64,000 nucleotides of DNA from Bugula neritina (taxonomy: Eukaryota > Animalia > Bryozoa). Shown piece by piece: positions 33,435 through 46,900 of the stretch (its first letter is position 1; every line of letters starts with the position of its first letter). The position numbers and the translations under genes are program-made. Location: the NCBI GenBank assembly GCA_964035545.1, contig OZ037771.1, positions 4,723,628 through 4,787,627 on the forward strand. Direction: 5' to 3'. The notes beneath the pieces are model-generated. The model was not told where the DNA came from, ran no database searches, and was given only the letters and a program-made list of their open reading frames with translations.

Positions 33435-36400
33435 GGAGCAGCCGTGGTCTAGGGGTTAAAGCGTTTGCTTTGTGAACACGAAGTTGTGGGTTCGAATCCC
33501 GACAAAGGCCATTGGTGATGTTAGGAAGAGCATCCAGTCATAATTGCTCCTGTGCCTCATTTAAACAAGTCCTTAGCCCGTTCTAGCAAAAACCCTTACC
33601 ATCAGGGGTTTCTCACAGGGATAGCGACTATAAACTTGCGTGGGTTTTTATATATATATAAACTAGTGCAAAGTGCACACAACGTGATGTACTTGAGGTA
33701 TGTGCAAAACTAAATGCTTGCCATAAACTTGTGTTTATATATAAATTTTGATTAATTATGTATGCAGCATTCTCTCAAAAGCATAGGTGTAGGGCCACAC
33801 GACGAGTTTTCACACGTGCGAGAATACACGCTAGTGACCTCCCACACACACACAGTGCGATTGTTGCGAGTGCAAAAATTTATTAGCTCGCCTACAGACA
33901 TTTGTTTTTAAACTACGTCATCAGCAAAGTGATTTGGATATTATAAAAGCGGAAATGCAAGCTATATAAAACTGTTTTAATTCACCTCGCTAGAAGTTAA
34001 ATTGTAAATTAAAATAAAAAAATGTGCTTGCTAAATATTACATGGTAATATAAACCAAGTTGATCAAACATGCATAAGCGTGTTGCACTTCTTGCTCAGC
34101 AAGAAGTGCAACACCCTTATGCATGTTAGACACTTGAAAATTCGCATGCAATGTCCAGTTTTTGAGCTAAATGGGATTTCTCGCACGTCACGCTCGTGTA
34201 AAACGCGTCGTGTGGCCCTACGCTAAGCCAAGGGCTACAGGGTGCGTATTTTTGCAGATGAATATTTAAACCACAAGTAGAACAAGTGTCTACTGTATTG
34301 TCAGTGAAATCGAAAAACTACTAGCTAATAACATTTGCGATCAACTTTACGACTTGCCTTGTTGCTACGGCTACACACATGGCACAGCATAAATTAAGTT
34401 TTCGTTTTTAAATTGCACTCGCTTTCAATAAAACGAAATTTACTGAAATGTATCACTAAATTAAAAAAAGTGGGCCAGCTAAATAACTACCAGCCAATTA
34501 GGTGACGATGACAGAGACGATTTGTATTTGCGTTTCAAATGCTGAGCGCAAAATGCAAAGGTTTTTTCAACGCATACAGTGGACACCTTTTCTACTTGTG
34601 GTTTAAGTTTTTGTCTGCTAAAATAAGCACTGTCTTCCCATAGGCTGAAGCAAACCTATAAGCAACTGAAACGTCATAAAATCTTACCGTTTGCTATGAA
34701 ATATGAAGTTCAGAAGTAGTGAAGGTCCCATTAAGAGATCCATGAACACACACAACAAACAGCCTATTACCATCGGAGTATAAATAAATCCCTACAGAAA
34801 ATGTCTATTGGAAAAGCAGATTATATAACAAATTGTTCAGAAACTAAAATTTGCAAAACTAAAATTTTTGAAATGGATACATTTTGTCAAAAATAATTTT
34901 TTGATGAAGGAAAAACTTCAACTTTATAAAAATTAAATTTACTTTTGTTAAAATAAATGCAAGTGCCCAAAACTCTAACCCGTAATCTAAATTAAACATC
35001 ATTTAATTTTTGTGTGAGATGTTTTATTTGCAGTATAGCCAATTCTAATCTAATCCTGATGAATAAATGATACACTTGTTATAAAAATAGTACAACAATT
35101 CATTATAATTATGTTTTATATTCGAATGTCAAAGTTTTTTGTAAGCTCTTAATTTTACTATCAAGTGTTACCTTGTTGACTAGTTTAGCCATTGGTGGGC
35201 ATCCAATCAAATACAAAGTTGACCAAAATCCAAACAGCAAGCCAATATTTCGAGGATCAGTGCCAAACTAGAAAAACATCAGATGCTCAATTAAGCTCTA
35301 ATATGTCAACCTTGTTAATCATAGCCTTATAATTGTGATACACAGAGTAAATATAGTCTAACAGAGAAATTGTTTTGTCAAAAATAAACTCCATTTAATC
35401 TAATATAGTGAAATTCAAAAAATTCAAATGATTTTGATTGAAGTCTAAAACATCATTACAATGTATTAATAATTAGACCAATAATCTAATAGCAATTTAG
35501 GCTCTTTGTAAAACTTTGTCATAAATGTGGTAGGATATTTTATATGACATGGTAAGTCTTCACTTTAATTAGGATTAACCTAAATTATTATAATTATATG
35601 TCAAAGTGGTAACTATTGTGTTTTGGGGTGAAAGGTTATTAACATAAGGTTACAGTTATTTTGATGCTATGTACTTTTTTGATGGCGTTAATCAGATTAA
35701 TGTTCGGGTAAATAATCAGTTTTTTCATATTATTACATTATAGATATGAAAACAAGATATAGTTTGGGTTTTCGTTTCTTATAATACACATGTTATTCTA
35801 CAAAACAAACAAATATGCTATTACAAGCTGATTTCAGCGTAAGCTACTTACAGAAACTGATAGGAAGTTGCTGAGTCCGGCAGATTTTGAGCTGCTAAGC
35901 ACATACAATATAAAGCAGCTAAAAGTTAAGACTAAAACACCCGGTATCTTTATCATGGCTGCTGACGAGTTTGATTGCTTCTTTTCACTCACTAAAACAG
36001 AAAAAGCCAATTTCTTAATTCTCTTTATATAATATCAATCTGCAAAAAAGTTGCCACATTTATATAATTAAAAACATGTATCTATACCTTATCTACCACA
36101 TAATCTAATTTACCAATGAAGCTCTACTTAATATGATGCTATTAAAAATGAACATTAATTGTTCTGAACAATATTTAATTAGACAAATTATAACTTTCAC
36201 ACTCATAACTTGCGATTGTTTAAATTACCAGAAACTCCTGGCAAAGTGTTTTTAAAAAAATGTCATTATTCATACAAATTATCATAAATTTAAATCTAAT
36301 TTATTAATAATGTCAACCACAACCTAACAATATTCAACATAAACTACATTATATAGTTCGAAAGGAAGTTAGAGCAGGTAGAATGATTCATGTATACTTA

Positions 36401-39360
36401 TCCAAAAACTATAATACTTTAAATTTATTGTTAGGCATATTTGCTTATAAAACCAAAGTTTTTATAAGCCCAAATGTTACAATACTGAGAACATAATAAT
36501 TATGCTTGGCATTATAAATCAGTCTAGGTTAGTATACTGTAGATATTCATAAAAATTGCAATTGATCTGAAGAAATTTTAAGACTCCTAACATGGCTAAA
36601 CATTTCATTAATTCGTGGAAGGCATCAAAAAATATTTAGCTGCTTTGGTTTCATCAACTATTAGCACACAGAATAAAACACAATAAGTTTTTTCAAAGAA
36701 ACTTCCTTGAAATACATACCATTTGTTGAAACAATAAATATCTGTAGCAGACATGAGACACCAATTAGACCACCCAGTGTCCAGAACATACAGCTATATC
36801 CTCCAATCTATAAATAGAAGAGCAATTGGTAGAGCTGTCAAAATTTAATTAAAATATATACCATTAGAAAAGAAAAATATGGAGAGATTAAAACCTAATT
36901 ATAGTAATGCATAATATATTGTGTGCGCGCATTCGTGCGCGCGTGTGCGCGTGTGTGCGCGTGTGTGCGCGTGTGTGCGCGTGTGTGCGCGTGTGTGCGC
37001 GTGTGTGCGCGTGTGTGCGCGCGTGCGCGCGTGTGTGTGTGTATAAGATTATTATAGTGCATATGTGTGCACATGTGGGCCATTCACAGTTGGCTATTAT
37101 ATGGAAAGAGATATTATATAACATGATGTATATATAATGTATTATATCTCTTTCCACTATGTATGGTAGACAACAATAAGATGCATGATATGCTCACTGA
37201 TGAAGCACAAACATTACATTACAAAAAGTTAGAAGGTAAAAATACCTACAGCAATGCTGCACATGCCGTCTGATATTTTGACAACAATTATATACAGACT
37301 ACTACAACAACTGCTTGATTACTTCACCTGCTGTAAAGCTGCTCCTAGGGCTGGTCCAGCTGCGTACCCTCCCCCTTGTATCATCTCTACAAAGCCCTAA
37401 GGCAAACATAAATATTCTTCAATATGGAATGTTCGGAGACAGGCTATTTATCATAGCAAAATACCTAGTTTTCCTAAACCGCTTAAAACATTTAGCTAAA
37501 GAAATATCATATTCAAAAGTACGGTAATTAACAATTTTTACTGCAATAATGAAAAAATACTTAAGCATCACTACAGTTATGTTTATGTAGTTCTTGTCTC
37601 AATTATATATCAGGAATAGTAATTATATACACTACTTACCGCAACTATACTATAGTATAGAATAAAATACCTTACTCACCACAACTGTACTAGTATGGAA
37701 TAATATATAACAACACCCACCACAACTGCACTATAATATGAATTATTATACAATTATACTTAATTGCCACGCCTTACTAGTGCGAAATAATATACAATAC
37801 TTACCACAACTGTCACAATATAGAACAAAATACAATACTTACCACAACTATACTAGTGTGAAATGATATACAATACTTACCACAATTATACTAATGTGAA
37901 ATGATATACAGTACTTACCACAACTGTACCTGTCTGGAATGATGTGTGTTTAAGTAGAATTGTCATCACAGATACTGTAAGACTAGCTGTAGCACTTCCA
38001 GCTAAAATTCTGGTAGTTATACACAGTGGAAGGAACATCTGATTTGGTGCATACGTTACAGCACTGAAAAAAAGTTATTGCTTATTGCTTTTGCATTGAA
38101 CTATAGTTTAAATTATAATCCACAAAGATTATTCAAAAAACACTAGCAATAAAACAACAGTAAAAAGTTATTTGCATATTGGTCTTCCTGTTATAATGAA
38201 AATAAACTTCAAAAAATGCATAAATCAACGGACATAATTATATAAGCAGAAGGAAGACTTGCTTTAAAACATTGTGTGTTTATATCAATTCATCTCATTC
38301 TGAAAATTAAGTTGCTTCACTGAAAGTTTTTTCAAAACAAAAACACTGTCAAAACTATGACTTCATGATCACTTTACATGGCTGACCGTATGAGACATTA
38401 GATATGCAATTAATTATTTATTGTTGATTAAAACTAACATTTCTGGGTAAAATATTTCACTGTAATTACTTCAATGAACTTGGAAACTAAATATAAGCTA
38501 TAGTTTTATTGTTATAGTTGTTTACCCAAAAGATATGCATGAGACTGCTGACAGTGCTGTACCTGCTATGCATGCTGTTCTTGGGCTTATCCAATTAAAC
38601 TAAAAAACATATCAGAAGATCTTCGAGAGTTTTATCTCAGTGCACCATAAAAATTATAAAAAGCAGTTTTACAATACACAAGCTTTCGCATCACATTATG
38701 ACTATCAGTCTACCACTAATCAAGGAGCTTACATCTGAGTTGATATTAAATTGGCAAAATCTTGACAACTTTGTACCTTCGATTCCTAATCAACAGAGTA
38801 AACTTGTTAAAAATATGAATCAGTTGCTTTGCACTCTAAATATCTTTAGTACAAAAGCAAAGATTTACCACAAAATTTGGTCAACCTAATAAACGCTGCA
38901 TAGGCTCAACAATAGTAAATGTATGCACGTGTATGCACATTTACGCAGACAAAATGTTTCTTTTAGCATAGCAATAGTTTGTTCTTATATGATGTCAAAA
39001 CTCGTAGAACATTTAAAATCGCTGTCAAGTTAAAACAGGGTGACTACTGTATGTAAACATGAATATTACCAGATATCCCAAGACTGGTGCAGTCACAAAT
39101 CTAGCAAACTCAAATGAACTGAAAACAATTCCAATCTCCACATGAGATAATCCTTTGCTCTTTGCTTCTTGAGGGAAGAAAGGGAACAAGAAAGTGTCAG
39201 TGCACAACGCCACAAACTGAGAGAATAGCAGGACACCTAATAGCAGGTACTCTCTACACTTGGTCAGGCTATGATCAGTTCCCTTCCCAAATAGTCTTTC
39301 AGTGTCAGTGTCTTCTTCCTCTAGCAGACGCTTGATTTCCTGTTCTCTTGACTCGAGCAT
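31718..39360 (-). CDS. SLC18B1-like MFS transporter, copy D (11 exons, 453 aa)
   Basis: Exons 39360-39070, 38599-38526, 38063-37919, 37396-37328, 36807-36720, 35991-35852, 35267-35172, 34791-34688, 33149-33054, 32553-32382, 31804-31718. Open frame. Confidence 0.9.
33434..33645 (+). mobile_element. tRNA-derived SINE inserted in a (TA)n tract
   Basis: Pol III A-box TGGTCTAGGGG and B-box GGTTCGAATCC followed by a non-tRNA body; second copy at ~54078-54621 (-). Confidence 0.8.
33787..34223. mobile_element. Harbinger-like MITE, family M2, intron 8 of copy D
   Basis: TIRs GTAGGGCCACACGACG...CGTCGTGTGGCCCTAC; shares the terminal TAGGGCCACAC with M1; absent from copy F intron 8. Confidence 0.78.
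34227..34645. mobile_element. Harbinger-like MITE, family M1 (older copy), adjacent to M2
   Basis: Homologous to 54152-54495; separated from M2 by TAA only. Confidence 0.75.
37625..37930 (-). repeat. Splice-donor minisatellite, 8 units (copy D intron 3)
   Basis: TACTTACCACAACT-like cores at ~37632, 37672, 37712, 37761, 37798, 37836, 37874 and 37912. Confidence 0.85.
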
Positions 39361-40905
39361 ATTAACCAGACTGACACAGAAACTAGTAATAATAGTAACC
39401 TACATACCAAACTTTAATGCTAATAGAATTCAAATTATGCAAGTATGTGAATCTGCATTGATGGCAATAACTCTTCATATATCAGTGCCCTCTGCTAAAT
39501 TTAGATTGTTTTTACAATCTAAAGACTTTTTGTGTAGTTCTTGAATGTATTTCAATACCTCAGATAGAGATTTGATGCAGTCATATGCAACTATACAAAG
39601 CCTACATTATTACAATTGCTGTATTTAACAATTATAATGTGTACATGAAGGGTGGCAATGAACCTGGGTCATTCAGTGCAGTGTATATTCAATCTAATAT
39701 GTAAGAAACACAGTCTAGAAGCTAAACACAGCAGTCATCATACCATAAACTGTGGTCACACCAGTAGAGGCTTGTTTATCAAAATTCTCTCACTCAAGGC
39801 TGCAATAGCTTGTCTTATTCTCTTTTTCTTCTTAACTTCTGAAAACTATTATTATACTCGGGCTACCCTTCTTATACACATATATCTAATAAGTAGCCTT
39901 ATATCTTACCATGACAGTTCTAACTGTTGAGGCTTTTCTAAAGCTGAGGATACTGAACTATTGACTGTAAAAGTAGTCAATTAGAAGATATTCTACTATC
40001 AGTTTGTTCCACATCCATTATATCTCATGATATAGTTGGTATTGTATCTGGTATTATATATATAAATAAGTTGAAAGGTTTGTTAGTCTTAGCCACATGT
40101 CTTACTGAGTTGGTGCAATCACTAGCACAGATGTCAGTTATTGTCATGTCACTTAAACTCTGCACACCTGCCAAGTACTAACTCTAGTGTGTCAAAACCT
40201 GGCAGGGAGTGTGTCACATTTTAGCTGTAGCTAATATTGCTAATAATGCTCAGTTAGTAATGATTAGCAAAATTTCATGGGTCTTTTTAGAATTTATCCG
40301 TTCTCTATTTGTAGTTGTCCTCTCTCCATTCCTTTATTGCAAGGATTCAATGCAGAGTATATCTAAGATCTAGTATGTATAGAATATTAGAGAAGTTGTC
40401 TTCTATTCGTTAGCAATATTTGATCAGCTATTTTCAGCCTGCTTCATAAGATTTAGTACAACACGTCTATTATGATAACTTTTTGCAAATAATTAGTCAA
40501 CAGTACAAATATAAAAATAATAGAATATTCATTGTATTTAAACAATGAAACTTTTCACTGTCTAATGATTCTGCCTTAAAGTGAAATAGCTAAAATTGTT
40601 TTAGGCATGGTCTACAGTAAAGAGCAGTAATACGTGGATATGATGATTTCATATGTTTCATTTATTAATTATACACCAGTTTATATTTTTCTATACACAA
40701 AATATTTACTCAAAAGAACAAGAAAGAAGAGAAAGATCTCACAGCTATATCTCATATTCATTACTCTTAGACTAAGACATTTCTACCTATCTGACTAATC
40801 ACCGTCTGCCAAAACCTTCTGTTGTTATTGTCTCATATAATTATTTGCAACTTTAGTTTAGCCATGTCATCACATTATACTAAATCACAAAGGTCAAGGG
40901 TCATA

Positions 40906-43900
40906 CTAAGCATCCTGTTTCACAGGCTCCGGTTTGAGTGGCTGTTTAGTTATCTTCATCCAGATTAAAAACACAACAAGAACTGACAACTGCAAAATAC
41001 AAAGTAAAATTCATGAAATACATTTTAACTCAAATCAATTCCTTGCATCTGTGAAATAAACAAAATGATACTGATTTTTGAATTCTTCAGTTTAAAAATA
41101 TCTGTTAAAATGTCACCTGTAAAATTAGTACACCTATATTTCATATTTATATAAGCTATATAAATGTAACTGCATGTTATATATAAATGTAAAGCATTTA
41201 CTGTCACCAGTGTACATAATATTCTAAGGCCTAAGCATTACATGAAGTTACAGTATATTTTTAATTGCAAGCATGTAATAAATTGGTATCATTAGACTTT
41301 ATTTTCGTTCAGCAGAGATTAATGTGGTAGCTATACAACAATGTTAATGCACAATATATAGAGGCAGATTTTTAAGTTACTTATTATGAGTATATTATAT
41401 CTTTGACAAATCCCTTATAAAAGCATAAAGCATAGATTTTAACTACTATTCAAATATGAAAAGTTGTAATTATTACAAAAAGAAGGGACTTAATTGTTTT
41501 TCTGTTATTTGATTTATTTTAGTATATTTTCAAATATAGTTTTCTAAATGCACGGTGAACTTACAAGTAATTTTCTTCTACTTACAATTAGCATATCTAA
41601 GAATGACAATACAGTCAATGTCCATGTGAAATCAGTAGCATCAGTAATAGCTCCTGACATTATTGGACCAACCATGGCTCCTAGACCCAGACCTGCATTC
41701 AGTAATCCTGTTACCATTCCATAGGTCTGTATGCTGTCTTTTTCATGACCATTTACTCTGAGAGTAGTAGATGAATTTAGTTCACTTTGGCAGATTTTGA
41801 AATGCCAATTAATCTTTATTCAACTCTTTATTGATCTCAAATTATTTTATACTAAGAGCTTTATACTAGCTGTAATCTTACGTTTTATTGCTAATCATAT
41901 ATACAAGCTTGTAGGCAATAACGTAATTTACAGTATTCACAAAACATAAGGTATAATATAACAAAATTTTTTCTAATTGCTATTGCAAATAGCTCTCCTA
42001 AAAACTAATGCATAAATTGGTTTAAATGCTGCACTAACAGAAGCGTAACATAGTATATCATAAACTCTGCTGTTTTAACAGCAGTTATAATTTATTACTG
42101 GCATTATTTAAAGAATACATTTAAGACAGCACTTTAAGGTTTTGAACTCACACTGCAAGATTGATAGCTGCCTGAAAAGGTGGAACGAATATGGCTACTA
42201 GTGACAGCAAAGACAAACTTCTCATCACCACTGTCAGCTCAAAATATCTACAAAAATTATATTAATTTAATTATGCAACCAAAAAGTGTAATAAATATAT
42301 TTAGACAGAAATTTTTAACCCTGTTTAACAAAAAAAACCAATGACAATCACTCAGCAACCAAATTTCAAAGTAGACAAAATACGATGATAATAATATGAT
42401 TCATCATTATTTAAAAAATATCTGATCAATATGTTATAAGAGGAAACATTATCATAACTTTTACAATTTTTAGCCTATGTAATTAAATACAAACTAATGC
42501 ACAATGCACACAGTGCTATGCACTTTAGGCAACAGAATTAAAGGTTTGCTAAGATGATGCCACCAATGCCTCAAAAACATAGCCCAAACGCATCCAAAGA
42601 CACAAATATTATGATGTCTTACCTTTTGCCATGAAATATGAAGTTCAGAAGTGGTGAAGGTCCCATTAAGAGATCAAAGAACACAGTTGTCGCCCAGCCT
42701 ATTACCATCGGAGAATAAACATATCCCTGTAAAATATACTAATTGGAACAGAAAATTACATAACAAATAATATTCAGGAACTGATACTTGCAAAACTACA
42801 ATGTAAAAATAAATACAGTATGCCAAAAACAATATTTTGATAAAGAAAAAAGTTTAACTTTATAAAAATCCAATTTACTTTTGTTACAAAAAATTTAAGT
42901 GACTGAAATTTGAATGAAAATGTTAAATTTTTCATCTAAGTAAATAACTACTTGAACACTATTTCATTTTTGTGTGACAATTTTTTTAAACTAATTATAA
43001 TTGCAGTATTGAGTATACCCAATTCTAATCTAATCTTAATAAATAAATGATACAATTGTTATAGAAATAGTACAACAAGTAGTTGAAATTATGTTTTATA
43101 TTCAAATGTCAAAATATTTTTGTATTTCTTAATTTCAGCATCAATTCTTACCTTGTTGACTAGTTTAACCATTGGCGGACATCCAATCAAATACAAAGTT
43201 GCACAACAACCAAACAGTAAGCCAATAATTCCAGAATCAGTACCAAACTATAAAGACATCAGATTTTCAACTAAGTTCAACAATAATGTAGACTTTATTA
43301 AGTTTAGTTTTAAAATTGTGATATAGCCTACGAGGTAAATAGCATAATTTTAAATGAGTAAGTTTTTGTTAAAGATTAAACTCCACTTAACCTAATTTGT
43401 ATTTTAGTAGAATAGAAATTTTATTTGGTAATAAAATAGGATGTAATTGAGTTTAATCTATAGCAAATTTTAGAAAATTAAAGTAATTTTGATTGAAGTC
43501 TAAAACATCATCGCAATATATTAAAAATTAGTCTAATAATTCATATAATAGCAGTTTATAGGCTCTTCGTAAAACTTTATCATAAATGTGGTAGAATATT
43601 TTACATGATATGATTATAATAACTTAAGTTTGAATCTAAATTTTATTTGGGATTAACCTAAACTAATATAACTATAGTCAAAAGTGGTTGCTATTACATT
43701 TTGGGGTGAAGGTTATTATAACGTAAGGTTACAGTTATTTTGATGCTATATAATTATATACTAAGTTTGATGGTTTTAATCGTATTAATGCTCGGGTAAA
43801 CGATCAGTTTTTCAATATTATATTACATAGATATGAGAACAAGATATAGTTTGGGTTTTGGTTTCTTATAATACGTGTTATATTCACTGAGATATATTTC

Positions 43901-46900
43901 CAACTGACTAAAACTGCGCTGGTATTTGCATTTGCATTTGCATTATAATTAACAAAGACATGATATGCATTATTGAATAAATGAGTGCCCCCAGAATATA
44001 AAAATACATATCTTATTCTACCAAATTAATCAATATGTCATTCAAAGCTGATTTCTGCGTAAGCTACTTACAGAAACTGATAAGAAGTTGCTGAGCCCAG
44101 TAGATCTTGAATTGCTAACCACTTTTAATATAAAGCAGTGAAAAGTTAAGACTAAAACACCCGGTATCTTTATCATGGCTACCGATGAGTTTGATTGCTT
44201 CTTTTCCTTCACTAGAACAAAGTTTGAAAAAGCAAATTTTTATATTCTTTTTATAATTTCAATCTGCAAAAAAGTTGCCACATTTATATAATTAAAAGCA
44301 TGTATTTACCATATCTACTACAAAATCTAATTTTCCAATGAAGATCTACACAATACGATGTTATTTTGTCAGTATGAACCTTTATTATTCCTAACAATAT
44401 TTAATTAGGCAAATTATAGATTTCACACTCATAATTTGCGATTTTTTAAATTACCAAGAACTCCTGGCGAGTTGTTTTTAAAAAAATTTTGTTATTCATA
44501 CAAATTATCATAAATTTAAATCTAATTTATTAATAATTGTCAACCACAACCTTGCAATATTCAACATAAACTGCATTATATAGTTAAAAAAAAGTTAGAG
44601 CAAGTAGAATGATTCATGTATACTTATCCAAAATCTATAATAATTTAAATTTATTGTTAGGCATATTTGCTTATGCAACCAAAGTTTTTATAAGCCCAAA
44701 TGTTACAATACTGAGAATATAATAATTGTGCTTGGCATTATAAATCAATAAATCGGTCTAGGTTGATATACTGTAGATGTTCATCAAAATTGCGATTAAC
44801 CTGCAGAAATTTTAAGACTCCTAATACGGCTAAGCATTTCATTAGTTTGTGGGAAGCATCAAAAATATTTCGCTGCTTTGATTTCATCAGCTATTAAGTT
44901 GCCTTTATACCTTCACAATTTTCGATCAGAATTTCAATTTGGCCGGGTTGAAATTTCGCCGAGTGGCGTTGCATTGTAAAAGCCACTCGTAAAAATTTTT
45001 GTACTGTGATAATATAACTTAATCAACCAATTTTAGAATAGAAGTAATAACTTTTTGTAAACACCGTTATTTAGTTATTACTTTAATGGCGATTAGACGA
45101 CGTACTTATATGGTTATATTTATATAGCCTACGCTTTCTCAATTATCGCTTTTATGCTGTCCCTTCACTAATTCACGGCGTTTACAAAGGGCATCAAATA
45201 GCTATTATGCGAGTCAAATTTCAATTTCAGAAAGTAAGCAACCACATCAATATGATTTCAACGAGTTTCAGTTTGACTATAAATAAGGGGTACCCGGACA
45301 AGCATTATTAACTTAAACTCGATACTTTTTTCAGCAGAGGTATAAACGCAACTTTAGCACTCAGAATAAGACACAGTAAGTTCTTTGAATATACATTTCC
45401 TTGGACTACATACCATTTGTTGAAACAGTAAATATCTGTAGCAGGCATGAGACACCAATTAGACCACCCAGTGTCCAGAACATACAGCTGTATCCTCCAA
45501 TCTACAAATAGACTAACAATTAACAGAGCTGTCCAAATTTAATTAAAATATATACCATTAGAAAATTTGTGGTTTAAAGTATTTATTCTTATAAAGAGAG
45601 ATATGCAGAGATTAAGACTGTATCAATACATAATATATTGCGTGTGTGCGTGTGTGCGTGTGTGCGTGTGTGCGTGTGTGCGTGTGTGCGTGTGTGCGTG
45701 TGTGCGTGTGTGCGTGTGTGCGTGTGTGCGTGTGTGTGTGTGTGTGTGCGTGTGTGTGTGTGTGTGTGTGTATAAGATTATTATAGTGCATATGTGTGCA
45801 CATGTGCGCCATTCACAGTTAGCTATTTTATGGAAAGAGATATGATATAACATGATGTATATAATGTATTATATTTCTTTCTAGTATATATGGTATACAA
45901 CAATAAAATTTAAGATACATAATATAATATAATATATAACAATTAGATACATAATATGCTCACTGAATCACAAACATTACATTACAGAAAGTTAGAAGAC
46001 AAAAATACCTACAGCAATGCTGCACATGCCGTATGGCAGAATATATTTTGACAACAATTATATGCAGACTACTACAACAACTGCTTGAGTACTTCACCTG
46101 CTGTAAAGCTGCTCCTAGGGCTGGTCCAGCTGCGTACCCTCCCCCTTCTATCATCTCTACTAAGCCCTAAGGCAAACATAAATGTCCTTTAATACGGAAT
46201 GTTTGGAGACAGGCATTTTATCATAGCAAATGACTTAGTTTTCATAAACCGCTTATAAACATTTAGCTAAAGAAATATCATTTAAAAGTTGAGTTTAACA
46301 GTGATTAAACTGCATTAATGAAAAAATACTTAAGCATTACTACATTTATGTTCATGTAGTTCTTGTCTCAACTATATATCAAGGAAGGTAACTATATATA
46401 CTGTAAAGTTATCACATATTATACTCTAGAGCGTAATTATTTCAAGTTGTAAAAGGAGCATAACGGAATGAATATCCAACAGTTTATTAAGCATTCAACG
46501 TTGCGCTTAGCGCAACGTTCTACTCAAATAGATGATCACATCACGTGATTCTTGCCTATATACGCAACGCAACGACTGCAATAGTTGTCAATTCATTAAT
46601 TAGATAACAGCACGCCCTCGCCCATTGGCTGTAGCCTTACGTCTTGGCAGCCCGGATGTTTCAGTGCAGACGTTGACCCTACAGTTAGTAGAATAGTAGC
46701 GCTAGCAATGCAAGTTCCATCGCATAAATAACAATACATTTTAATGATATAATTAGCAAAATATAAATGAATTTGAATTGGAATTAATTTCAAGAGGCAC
46801 AGGTTAGTTTTGTTTTTCAGTATTTGTATGATTTGAAGCTTTCCTTAAGTATTGTTGATCTATTTCAACTTAATAATAAATATTTGGTTTATTTAACATG

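Noticed and set aside
33434-33510. Possible tRNA gene
   Set aside because: A and B boxes are present but there is no convincing cloverleaf, and it continues into a body shared with a second dispersed copy, so it is a SINE.
44860-44892. CTGATGA...GAAA on the - strand as a further hammerhead
   Set aside because: No stem II or stem I complementarity; paralogous introns read TTGATGA, so it is a chance match.
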